DNA of 64,000 nt, taken from assembly GCA_041484665.1 (NCBI GenBank), contig JBGPIA010000009.1:105489-169488 (forward strand), given 5' to 3'. Below are positions 55,981-64,000 of this stretch, in pieces. The stretch is from Candidatus Krumholzibacteriia bacterium. GTDB lineage: Bacteria > Krumholzibacteriota > Krumholzibacteriia > JAJRXK01. The position numbers were made by a program, and so were the translations under genes. The stretch's first letter is position 1. Every line of letters starts with the position of its first letter. The notes beneath the pieces were generated by a model, which did no database searches, was not told where the DNA came from, and saw only the letters and a program-made list of their open reading frames with translations.

Positions 55981-56886
55981 ATGACCTCTTCACACCGGGT
56001 CGAGATCCAGGTCGGCATCGCCGTGCTGCTCGCCGTCGTGATTCTGGTGGTGGGTCTGCTGTGGTTCCAGCAGTACGCCTACCGCGCGGTGCACGTGGAA
56101 GTGCGCGCGCGCTTCGACACGGTGGGCGGGCTGGCTCGCGGCGACGAGGTGCACGTCCGCGGCATCCCGTTGGGCAAGATCAAACGGGTCGATCTGGCGG
56201 CCCACGGCGTGGACGTGACCCTGGAGGTCGACGGGCGCGTGAAGCTCACCGACCACGCGCGCCTGGTGGTGGAGGCGGTGGGGCTGGCGGGCGAGCGGAT
56301 CATGAGCGTCGATCCGGGGGACGGCGCACCGGTGGACCTGGCCAACCACGTGTTCGAGGGGACCTATGCCCCCGCGGTGACCGAGATGTCCGAGCAGTTC
56401 CAGGACTTGACCGGGCGCGTGAGCGCTGTGCTCGCGCGCCTCGACCGACTGCTGGCGCAGGTGGAGGAGGCAGGCGGGATCGGCGACGCCGTGAAGAGCG
56501 GGACGCGCGCGGCGCACGGCCTGGCCGACCTCCTCGACCGCAATGGCGATGCGTTCACCAGGTCGACCCGATCGCTGGCGCATCTGTCCGCGCAGATGGA
56601 CAGCCTCGTGTCGGGCCCCGGCAAGCGCATTACGGCCGGTGCCGAGCGGCTCGCGGGTATGTCGGCGCGCGTCGACACGCTGCTGACCGACATGGACGTG
56701 GCCGCCGACGCGGCGGCCGACATCCTGACGGCCATCCGCCAACAGCGCGGCAGCGTGGGGCGCATGATCTACAGCGACTCGCTCGCCGTGGAGACGGAGC
56801 GCACGATCCAGGATCTGCGCGCGCTCATCGCCGACGTCAAGCGCAACCCCAAACGGTACCTGGGGCTCACGCTCGTCGACTTCTAG
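55981..56886 (+). CDS. mlaD: MCE/MlaD family protein
   Basis: N-terminal TM, GL..GD.V..RG..G MCE motif, helical C-terminus ending D.K.NPKRY. Confidence 0.88.
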   Translation: MTSSHRVEIQVGIAVLLAVVILVVGLLWFQQYAYRAVHVEVRARFDTVGGLARGDEVHVRGIPLGKIKRVDLAAHGVDVTLEVDGRVKLTDHARLVVEAVGLAGERIMSVDPGDGAPVDLANHVFEGTYAPAVTEMSEQFQDLTGRVSAVLARLDRLLAQVEEAGGIGDAVKSGTRAAHGLADLLDRNGDAFTRSTRSLAHLSAQMDSLVSGPGKRITAGAERLAGMSARVDTLLTDMDVAADAAADILTAIRQQRGSVGRMIYSDSLAVETERTIQDLRALIADVKRNPKRYLGLTLVDF

Positions 56887-56950
56887 CCACACGCGCCTCG
56901 CGCGTCCTGCGGCGCGGGCTGTGGCGTGCGGGATGGTTAGGGAGGATCCG

Positions 56951-58360
56951 ATGACCAGGCCGTCCTCGCGTTACGTGTGCAGCGCCTGCAGCCATCCGGA
57001 GGTACGGTGGCTGGGCCGCTGCCCCGCCTGCGGGGCGTGGAATAGCCTGCAGCAGGCGCAGGACGGCGCAGGCGCCGCGCCCCGCAGCTTCCAGCGCCGG
57101 CTCGAGTCCGACGGCCAGACCGTCGAGGCGGTGCCGCTGGCGGAGGTCGACCGCGACCGGCTCGAGCGCCTGCCCGTGGAGCCCGCGGAGCTGGCCCGGG
57201 TGCTGGGCGGGGGCCTGGTGCGCGGCTCGCTGCTCTTGTGCGGCGGCGCGCCGGGCGTGGGCAAGTCTACGCTGCTCACCATGCTCGCGGGCCAGCTCGC
57301 GGGAGCCGGCCACCGCGTGGTCTATCTCTGCGCCGAGGAAGCGGCCGCGCAGGTACGCCGACGCGCCGAGCGCGTCGGCGCCGCCACGGAGGGCTTCCTG
57401 CTGCTGGAGGAGCCCGCCCTGGAACGGGTGCTCCCGCCGCTCTACGAGCGGCCCCCGTCGCTTCTGGTGGTGGACAGCATCCAGGCGGTCTATACGCAGC
57501 AGATCGATGGGATCCCCGGCAGCGTGTCGCAGATCCGTTTCTGCGGCGGACTGCTGTGCGACTTCGCGCGCTCCACCGGCTGCGCGGTGGCGTTGATCGG
57601 CCACGTGACCAAGGAGGGCGATCTCGCGGGCCCGCGCCTGTTGGAGCACATGGTGGACACGGTGCTCTACTTCGAGCCCGAGGCCGGAGGCGCGGTGCGG
57701 CTGGTGCGCGCGTTCAAGAACCGCTTCGGTGCCACCGGCGAGCTGGCCGTGCTGGAGATGGGTCCGCGCGGGCTCGCGCCGGTGCGCGACGCCAGCGCGC
57801 TGTTCCTCGCCGGGCGGCGCAGCGACGAGCCCGGCAGCGCGGTGACTGCCATCATGAGCGGCAGCCGGCCGTTCCTCGTGGAGGTCCAGGCGCTCCTGGC
57901 GAAGACGCAGTACGCCACGCCTGCCCGAGTGGTCTCGGGGCTGGACAGCAAGCGGGTGGCGCTCTTGTCGGCCATCCTGGAGCGGCGCGGCGGACTGGAG
58001 CTCGTGGCGAAGGACGTCTTCGTGAAGGTGGCCGGCGGATTGCGGCTCACCGACCCGGCGGCCGACCTGGCTGTCGTGGCGGCGATGGCCAGCAGCGTGC
58101 GGGAGCGGCCGCTGCCGGCCACCGTCGTGGCGATCGGCGAGGTTGGGCTCACCGGAGAGCTGCGGCCGGTGCCGGCGCTGGGAGCTCGCCTCACCGAGGC
58201 GCGCGCCCACGGCTTCACCCGCGCGGTGGTGGCGGCCCCGGACGCCCGCGCGCTGCCGCAGATCTCAGGCATGGCGGTGGAGCCCGTGCGCACGCTGGTC
58301 AAGGGTCTGGCAGCGGCCTTCGGGCTGGGCACGGTGCGCGAGATGCGCGAGGAGAACTGA
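56951..58360 (+). CDS. radA: DNA repair protein RadA/Sms
   Basis: CSAC...W.GRCPAC zinc finger, GAPGVGKST, DSIQ, GHVTK.G, KNRFG, GEVGLTGE. Confidence 0.96.
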   Translation: MTRPSSRYVCSACSHPEVRWLGRCPACGAWNSLQQAQDGAGAAPRSFQRRLESDGQTVEAVPLAEVDRDRLERLPVEPAELARVLGGGLVRGSLLLCGGAPGVGKSTLLTMLAGQLAGAGHRVVYLCAEEAAAQVRRRAERVGAATEGFLLLEEPALERVLPPLYERPPSLLVVDSIQAVYTQQIDGIPGSVSQIRFCGGLLCDFARSTGCAVALIGHVTKEGDLAGPRLLEHMVDTVLYFEPEAGGAVRLVRAFKNRFGATGELAVLEMGPRGLAPVRDASALFLAGRRSDEPGSAVTAIMSGSRPFLVEVQALLAKTQYATPARVVSGLDSKRVALLSAILERRGGLELVAKDVFVKVAGGLRLTDPAADLAVVAAMASSVRERPLPATVVAIGEVGLTGELRPVPALGARLTEARAHGFTRAVVAAPDARALPQISGMAVEPVRTLVKGLAAAFGLGTVREMREEN

Positions 58361-58361
58361 G

Positions 58362-59048
58362 ATGACTCGTGGCCCTACCACGTGCGCCGTGATCCTGGCC
58401 GCGGGGGAGGGCCGCCGCGCCGGCGGCGCCAAGCAATTCCGCCGCACGGGCGGGCGCAGCCTGCTCTACCATGCCGTGGCTCCGTTCGCGGCGTGCCCCG
58501 AGCTGGGCGGCCTGATCGTCGTCGTGCCCGCCGGCCGCGAGGTCGAGGCCACCGCGGAGCTCGATGACGCCATGGTCACCAAGCTCATCGCCGTGGTCGC
58601 CGGCGGCCTCACGCGCGCCCAGTCCTCCCGCGCGGGCATCGCCGCCCTGCCGCGGGGCTGCGCCACGGTGCTCATCCACGACGCTGCGCGGCCGTTCGCC
58701 AGCCTGGAGCTGATCGCGCGGGTGGTCCGTGCCACGCGCCGGCATGGGGCGGCGGTGCCGGTGCTGGCGGTCAGCGACTCGGTGGTGGAGGTGGACGGCG
58801 CTGGGCGCTTGCGCCGCTATCTCGACCGCGCGAAGTTGCGCGCCGTCCAGACGCCGCAAGGTTTCCGCCGCCAGCTGCTCGAGCAGGCGCTGGCGCGCCG
58901 CCCGCGCGCCGACTTCGGCGACGATGCGTCCATGGTGCGGGCAGCGGGGGGCGCGGTGGTGCTGATCGCTGGCGAGCCGGGCAATGTGAAGATCACAACC
59001 GCGGAGCAGCTCGAGGCGGCGCTGCTCCGGCTGGGAGGATCGGCATGA
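58362..59048 (+). CDS. ispD: 2-C-methyl-D-erythritol 4-phosphate cytidylyltransferase
   Basis: AAG.G.R, KQF, IHDAARP, QTPQGF, DDAS, N.KITT. Confidence 0.93.
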   Translation: MTRGPTTCAVILAAGEGRRAGGAKQFRRTGGRSLLYHAVAPFAACPELGGLIVVVPAGREVEATAELDDAMVTKLIAVVAGGLTRAQSSRAGIAALPRGCATVLIHDAARPFASLELIARVVRATRRHGAAVPVLAVSDSVVEVDGAGRLRRYLDRAKLRAVQTPQGFRRQLLEQALARRPRADFGDDASMVRAAGGAVVLIAGEPGNVKITTAEQLEAALLRLGGSA

Positions 59049-59533
59049 GCGCAGCGCGCGTGCGCATCGGCGAGGGCATCGACCGCCATTGCCTGCAAAC
59101 GGGCCTCCCGCTGGTGCTGGGCGGCGTCACGATCCCGTTTGCGCTGGGGCTCGCCGGGCACAGCGACGGGGACGCTCTCACCCACGCGCTGTGCAACGCG
59201 CTCCTGGGGGCGCTGGCGCTGGGCGACCTGGGAGAGCACTTCCCCGACACCGACCCGACCTGGAAGGGGGCGCCCAGCAGCACGTTCCTGCGCGAGGTAC
59301 GGAGCATGGTCGCCCGTCAGGGCTGGCGCATCGGCAACGTCGATGCCACCATCATGGCCGAGCACCCGCGTCTGGCGCCCTACGTGCCGGCCATGCGGTC
59401 AGCGCTGGCGGGGCTCCTGGAGCTGCCGCAGGACGCGGTGTCGATCAAGGCGACGCGCGGGGAGGGGGTGGGCCCCGAAGGGGAGGGGCGCTCCATCCTG
59501 GTGCGCGCGGTCGCGCTGCTGGTGCGGGACTGA
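59045..59533 (+). CDS. ispF: 2-C-methyl-D-erythritol 2,4-cyclodiphosphate synthase
   Basis: RIG.G.D.H, GHSDGD, GDLG.HFPDTD, SIKAT. Confidence 0.93.
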   Translation: MSAARVRIGEGIDRHCLQTGLPLVLGGVTIPFALGLAGHSDGDALTHALCNALLGALALGDLGEHFPDTDPTWKGAPSSTFLREVRSMVARQGWRIGNVDATIMAEHPRLAPYVPAMRSALAGLLELPQDAVSIKATRGEGVGPEGEGRSILVRAVALLVRD

Positions 59534-59571
59534 GCGCCCCGCGCTGCAGCGGAAACACCACCGGGGATACG

Positions 59572-60528
59572 ATGGACACGATGCAGATCGCCGTGCTGAT
59601 GGGCGGCGACAGCTCCGAGCGCGAGATCTCCCTGCGCAGCGGGCAGGCCGTGGCCGATGCGCTGCGCGCTCACGGCCACGCGGTGGACGAGGTCGTGCTG
59701 GGCGATCCGCTGGCCGCGCTCGGCTCGGCGGCGGTGCGCGGTGCAGACGTCGTGTTCGTGGCGCTGCACGGCGGTGCGGGCGAAGACGGGCGGATCCAGG
59801 CACTGCTGGAGCTCACCGGCCGGCCCTTCGTGGGCAGCACCGCCGGCCCCTGCGCGGTCGCCATGGACAAGCTCTGGACCAAGCACATCTGCCGCTCCAT
59901 CGGGGTCCCGACGCCGGCCTGGGCGGAGCTGCCGCAGGGCGCGGGGACCGCCCAGGTCGTGGCTCTGGCCTGCCCGCTGGGCTGGCCGGTGGTGCTCAAG
60001 CCGGTGGCAGAGGGCTCGACCTTGGGGGTCACCATCGCCCAGGATCAGGCGCAGCTCGTGAGCGCCTGGAGCGATCCCGGCCGGCGGCCGGGCCGCTGGA
60101 TGCTGGAGCGCTACATCAAAGGGCGCGAGCTCACGCTTCCGGTCCTGTTGGGAGAGGCAATGGCGGAGATCGAGATGCGGCCGAAGCAGGGGTTCTACGA
60201 TTACGCGAACAAGTACACGCCCGGGCGGACCGCGTACGACTGCCCGGCGGCGATCGCCCCCGCGCAGCGCGATGCCCTGGCCCGCCACGGGCTGGCGCTG
60301 TTCCGCGCGCTGCAGCTGCGCGACATGGCCCGCATCGACTTCCGCATGGACGGGGCTCTGGAGCTGTTCTGCCTGGAGGCCAACGCCATCCCAGGGATGA
60401 CGGCCACGAGCCTGTTCCCCATGGGCGCCCGGGCACGGGGGATCGAGTTCCCGCAGGTGTGCGAGCGCTTGTGCCGCGCGGCGCTGGCGCGATCGGCCGG
60501 CACGCCGCCGCCCCGGAGGGTGTCGTGA
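59572..60528 (+). CDS. ddl: D-alanine--D-alanine ligase
   Basis: GG.SSEREISL.SG, LHG..GEDG, MDK, KP..EGS, YDYANKY, RIDF, E.N..PGMT. Confidence 0.94.
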   Translation: MDTMQIAVLMGGDSSEREISLRSGQAVADALRAHGHAVDEVVLGDPLAALGSAAVRGADVVFVALHGGAGEDGRIQALLELTGRPFVGSTAGPCAVAMDKLWTKHICRSIGVPTPAWAELPQGAGTAQVVALACPLGWPVVLKPVAEGSTLGVTIAQDQAQLVSAWSDPGRRPGRWMLERYIKGRELTLPVLLGEAMAEIEMRPKQGFYDYANKYTPGRTAYDCPAAIAPAQRDALARHGLALFRALQLRDMARIDFRMDGALELFCLEANAIPGMTATSLFPMGARARGIEFPQVCERLCRAALARSAGTPPPRRVS

Positions 60529-61961
60529 AGTTGCGCGTCTACAACCATTCCAAAGGCGTCAAGGAGGAGTTCGAGCCGCTGCGGCCCGGCACGGTGTCGA
60601 TGTACGTCTGCGGCATGACGCCGCAGGACCGACCGCACATGGGGCACATGCTGGCCTTTGTGTCGGCCGACCTCGTGCGGCGCACGCTGGAATACTTCGG
60701 CTACTCGGTTCTGCACATCCAGAACTTCACCGACATCGACGACAAGATCATCGAGAAGGCCAACGCCACCGGCCGCGATGCGCACGAGCTGGCCCGGACC
60801 AACATGCAGAGGTACTTCGACGCCGCGGACAGCCTGGGGATCCGCAGGGCCAGCCGCTACCCGCTGGTCACCGAGCACATCCAAGACATCATCGCCTACA
60901 TCCAGCGCATCGTCGACGCGGGTCACGCCTACGCGGCCGGCGGCAACGTGTGGTTCGCGGTGCGCAGCTATCCGCCGTACGGACGCCTCAGCGGCCGCAG
61001 CGTGGACGAGCTGCGCGCCAGCGGGCGCGTCGAGGCCGATCCCAGCAAGCGCGATCCCCTCGACTTCGCCCTCTGGAAGGCGGCCAAGTCCGGCGAGCCG
61101 GCCTGGGACAGCGCCTTCGGCCCGGGCCGCCCCGGGTGGCACATCGAGTGCTCGGTGATGGCCACCAAGTACCTCGGGGACACCTTCGATTTGCACGGCG
61201 GCGGGCGCGACCTGCTGTTCCCCCACCACGAGAACGAGGTGGCGCAGAGCTGCTCGCTGGGCGGCCAGTACGTCCGATACTGGATGCACAACGGGCTGCT
61301 CACACTCGACGGGCAGAAGATGTCCAAGTCGACGGGACACTTTTTCGGCATGGACGAGGTCCTGGCGGAGTTCCCGGGCGAGGTCGTGCGCTTCTACCTG
61401 ATGCGCGGACACTTCCGCAACCAGATGGAGTTCAGCCGCGAGCGCCTCCAGGAGGCTTCGGCCGCCTACGAGCGGCTGCAGCGCGCCTTGCTGCAGCTGG
61501 AGGAGGCGGTGGCCGACCCGGCGCTGGGGACGGGTCTCCCGCCCGGGGTGACCAGCCCCGAGGGGGTCGCGCTGGCCGAGGCCGCGGAGCAGGCGCTGAT
61601 CAAGTTCAAGGAGGGACTGGCGGACGACTTCAACGGAGAAGCTGCCCTGGCCGCCCTGTTCGAGCTCATTCGGCTGGCCAACCCGTTCCTGGTCGGCCGG
61701 TCGCGGCCGGCAGCCATGGACGCCCAACCTGTGCGCCGGGCGCTGGCCGTGCTGAGGGAGGGGCTGTCGGTCCTCGGTCTGTTCGGGTCGCTGCCTGTCC
61801 GCGAGGCGATCCCGCCCGAGATCCAGGACCTGGTGACCCAGCGGGACCAGGCCCGACGCGCCCGCGACTTCCGGCGGGCCGACGAGCTGCGCGCCCTGCT
61901 CCAGGAGCAGGGGTTCCGGGTCGAGGACAACCCGACCGGGACGCGCGTGCGGCGGGTCTGA
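60525..61961 (+). CDS. cysS: Cysteine--tRNA ligase
   Basis: YVCG.T, HMGH, NFTDIDDKII, DFALWK, GRPGWHIECS, FPHHENE, KMSKS. Confidence 0.96.
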   Translation: MKLRVYNHSKGVKEEFEPLRPGTVSMYVCGMTPQDRPHMGHMLAFVSADLVRRTLEYFGYSVLHIQNFTDIDDKIIEKANATGRDAHELARTNMQRYFDAADSLGIRRASRYPLVTEHIQDIIAYIQRIVDAGHAYAAGGNVWFAVRSYPPYGRLSGRSVDELRASGRVEADPSKRDPLDFALWKAAKSGEPAWDSAFGPGRPGWHIECSVMATKYLGDTFDLHGGGRDLLFPHHENEVAQSCSLGGQYVRYWMHNGLLTLDGQKMSKSTGHFFGMDEVLAEFPGEVVRFYLMRGHFRNQMEFSRERLQEASAAYERLQRALLQLEEAVADPALGTGLPPGVTSPEGVALAEAAEQALIKFKEGLADDFNGEAALAALFELIRLANPFLVGRSRPAAMDAQPVRRALAVLREGLSVLGLFGSLPVREAIPPEIQDLVTQRDQARRARDFRRADELRALLQEQGFRVEDNPTGTRVRRV

Positions 61962-62067
61962 GGCGAGGATCCCGACGCAAGCCTGCACGAGCACCACCAG
62001 GCCGACCTGCGGCCCGCCCGCCCGACCCAGCGGCGGCGGGGGCCCGGGGAGCCTGCGCCCTTTTCGC

Positions 62068-62097
62068 TTGACGTCCCTGGGGGGTCTCTTCTATATT
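62068..62097 (+). promoter_or_regulatory. Sigma70-type promoter of the tRNA-tuf operon
   Basis: TTGACG-N18-TATATT. Confidence 0.65.
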
Positions 62098-62168
62098 CTC
62101 GCGTCTGCCGTGAGCTGCCCGGGGGTGCGCCACAGGTGCCAAGCCTGTGACCGACAACCAGTTGCGGG

Positions 62169-62244
62169 GCTGGCGTAGCTCAACTGGTAGAGCATCTCAC
62201 TTGTAATGAGAAGGTTGGGGGTTCAAGTCCCTTCGCCAGCTCCA
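62169..62244 (+). tRNA. tRNA-Thr(TGT)
   Basis: 76-nt cloverleaf, anticodon arm tctca-cttgtaa-tgaga, GTTCAAGT T-loop, encoded CCA. Confidence 0.96.
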
Positions 62245-62440
62245 TGGGACTGCGATGCGGCTGTGAACCCACGTGCCGGCGATCGCGCGCGGCGCGTCAG
62301 CGGGAGCGTTTCGCCTCGCTGTACGACGCGTGCAGCAGCTCACGGACGCGATCGCCGTCGTTGCGGAATCCACGAGATGCAGCGGGCGTTTGCCCGTTTT
62401 GATCGGCGGGAGGGATGTGGGGAAGGGCGCGCTGAGTTGT

Positions 62441-62526
62441 GGGGAGGTTCCCGAGTGGTCAAAGGGGGCAGACTGTAAATCTGTTGCCGTAGTGCTTCGG
62501 AGGTTCGAATCCTCCCCTCCCCACCA
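62441..62526 (+). tRNA. tRNA-Tyr(GTA)
   Basis: Anticodon arm gcaga-ctgtaaa-tctgt, long variable arm, GTTCGAAT, CCA. Confidence 0.96.
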
Positions 62527-62600
62527 CGTCACTGCCGGAGGATCCGGCAAGAGAACGAGCACCGGCCGCGCGGCGTCGGCGCGGGCCGGGCAGGGAGAAT

Positions 62601-62677
62601 GCGGGAATAGCTCAGTTGGCTAGAGCATCAGCCTTCCAAGCTGAGGGTCGCGGGTTCGAATCCCGTTTCCCGCTCCA
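62601..62677 (+). tRNA. tRNA-Gly(TCC)
   Basis: Anticodon arm tcagc-cttccaa-gctga, GTTCGAAT, CCA. Confidence 0.96.
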
Positions 62678-62716
62678 ATCCGGGCGCAGAGCCCGTATCG
62701 CCGGGAGCGCGACGGG

Positions 62717-62792
62717 GCCCACGTAGCTCAGTCGGTAGAGCACTTGCATGGTAAGCAAGAGGTCAGCAGTTCGATTCTGCTCGTGGGCTCCA
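62717..62792 (+). tRNA. tRNA-Thr(GGT)
   Basis: Anticodon arm cttgc-atggtaa-gcaag, GTTCGATT, CCA. Confidence 0.95.
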
Positions 62793-62842
62793 CGACACCA
62801 CCAGCCAATCGAGGATCGCTGAGCGGGGGGGAAGGGACTGGC

Positions 62843-64000
62843 ATGGCGCGCGCGAAGTTCGAGCGTACGAAAGAGCACGTGAACGTGGGGACGATTGGCC
62901 ACGTGGACCACGGCAAGACGACGCTGACGGCGGCGATCACCAAGACGCTGGCGGCGAAGAAGCTGGCGGAGTTCGTGCCGTTCGACCAGATCGACAAGGC
63001 GCCCGAGGAGCGCGAGCGCGGCATCACGATCCAGACTGCGCATGTGGAGTACCAGAGCGCCAAGCGGCACTACGCCCACGTGGACTGCCCGGGGCACGCC
63101 GACTACGTGAAGAACATGATCACCGGTGCCGCGCAGATGGACGGTGCGGTGCTGGTGGTGAGCGCTTCGGACGGGCCGATGCCGCAGACACGTGAGCACA
63201 TCCTGCTCGCCCGGCAGGTGGGGGTTCCGTACATCGTCGTGTTCATGAACAAGGTGGACATGGTGGACGATCCGGAGCTGCTGGACCTGGTGGAGCTTGA
63301 GGTGCGGGAGCTCTTGAGCAAGTACGAGTTCCCGGGGGACACGGTGCCCGTGATCCGGGGGTCGGCGCTGAAGGCGCTGGAGAGCAGCGACTCGGACTCG
63401 TCCGAGTGCAAATCGATCTGGGAGCTGTTGAAGGCCCTGGATGACTACGTGCCGGTGCCCAAGCGCGAGCTGGACAAGCCGTTCTCGATGCCGGTGGAGG
63501 ACGTGTTCTCGATCACGGGACGGGGGACGGTAGCGACCGGGCGCATCGAGCGCGGCAAGGTGCACACGGGGGAGAATCTGGAAGTGGTGGGCATCCGTCC
63601 AACGCAGAAAACGGTGTGCACGGGAGTCGAGATGTTCCGCAAGGTGCTCGACGAGGGGCAGGCAGGGGACAACGTGGGGCTGCTGCTGCGCGGGATCGAG
63701 AAGACCGACATCCTGCGTGGGATGGTGGTGTGCAAGCCCGGCAGCATCAATCCGCACACGAAGTTCCTGGGCGAGGTGTACATCCTCACCAAGGAGGAAG
63801 GCGGCCGTCACACGCCGTTCTTCACGGGGTACCGGCCGCAGTTCTACTTCCGGACGACCGACGTGACGGGGTCGGCGCAGCTGCCGCAGGGGCGGGAGAT
63901 GGTCATGCCCGGGGACAACGTGCAGATGGACGTGGAGCTGATCACGCCGATCGCCATGGAGGAGGGGCTGCGCTTCGCCATCCGCGAGGGCGGCCGCACC
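62843..64000 (+). CDS. tuf: Elongation factor Tu (truncated by the window end)
   Basis: [44 protein letters not shown]; follows the Thr-Tyr-Gly-Thr tRNA cluster. Confidence 0.98.
   Translation, partial: MARAKFERTKEHVNVGTIGHVDHGKTTLTAAITKTLAAKKLAEFVPFDQIDKAPEERERGITIQTAHVEYQSAKRHYAHVDCPGHADYVKNMITGAAQMDGAVLVVSASDGPMPQTREHILLARQVGVPYIVVFMNKVDMVDDPELLDLVELEVRELLSKYEFPGDTVPVIRGSALKALESSDSDSSECKSIWELLKALDDYVPVPKRELDKPFSMPVEDVFSITGRGTVATGRIERGKVHTGENLEVVGIRPTQKTVCTGVEMFRKVLDEGQAGDNVGLLLRGIEKTDILRGMVVCKPGSINPHTKFLGEVYILTKEEGGRHTPFFTGYRPQFYFRTTDVTGSAQLPQGREMVMPGDNVQMDVELITPIAMEEGLRFAIREGGRT

Noticed and set aside
62717..62792. A at position 32 of tRNA-Thr(GGT)
   Set aside because: The ATGGTAA loop occurs in other bacterial tRNA-Thr(GGU) genes; not novel
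62169..62792. tRNA genes as integration sites of a mobile element
   Set aside because: No integrase or transposase gene and no duplicated tRNA 3' end were seen in the window

Overview
A very GC-rich bacterial chromosomal segment that is mostly housekeeping and mostly on the + strand. The gene content and synteny suggest a diderm related to the FCB group, such as an Eisenbacteria/Krumholzibacteria-like organism; this is inference only. Core genes are nnr, tsaD, priA, rho, rpmE-DUF1385-prfA-prmC, murA-selB, an NFACT/RqcH gene, yicC-gmk...rpoZ-coaBC-udg, dnaB, ggt, mlaEFD, radA-ispD-ispF-ddl-cysS and the tRNA(Thr,Tyr,Gly,Thr)-tuf operon, which is cut by the window end. Four accessory modules sit between core genes. 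(1) A five-gene signalling operon (8.8-16.7 kb) behind a sigma54-type promoter, with a REC-GGDEF, two stand-alone receivers and two paralogous membrane histidine kinases, each fused to a C-terminal GAF plus HD-GYP domain (one with HD, one degenerate). This is the best candidate for an undescribed system. (2) An archaeal/eukaryotic-type DRG GTPase. (3) An ECF sigma factor / non-RD Ser/Thr kinase pair that splits gmk-rpoZ. (4) An expanded kdp locus with two micro-peptides, a kinase-less KdpD-like protein and a convergent outer-membrane porin that shares a TCTTGACG upstream motif with the kdp operon. No CRISPR array, rRNA, integrase or transposase was seen. All calls come from motif recognition by eye; no database searches were run.
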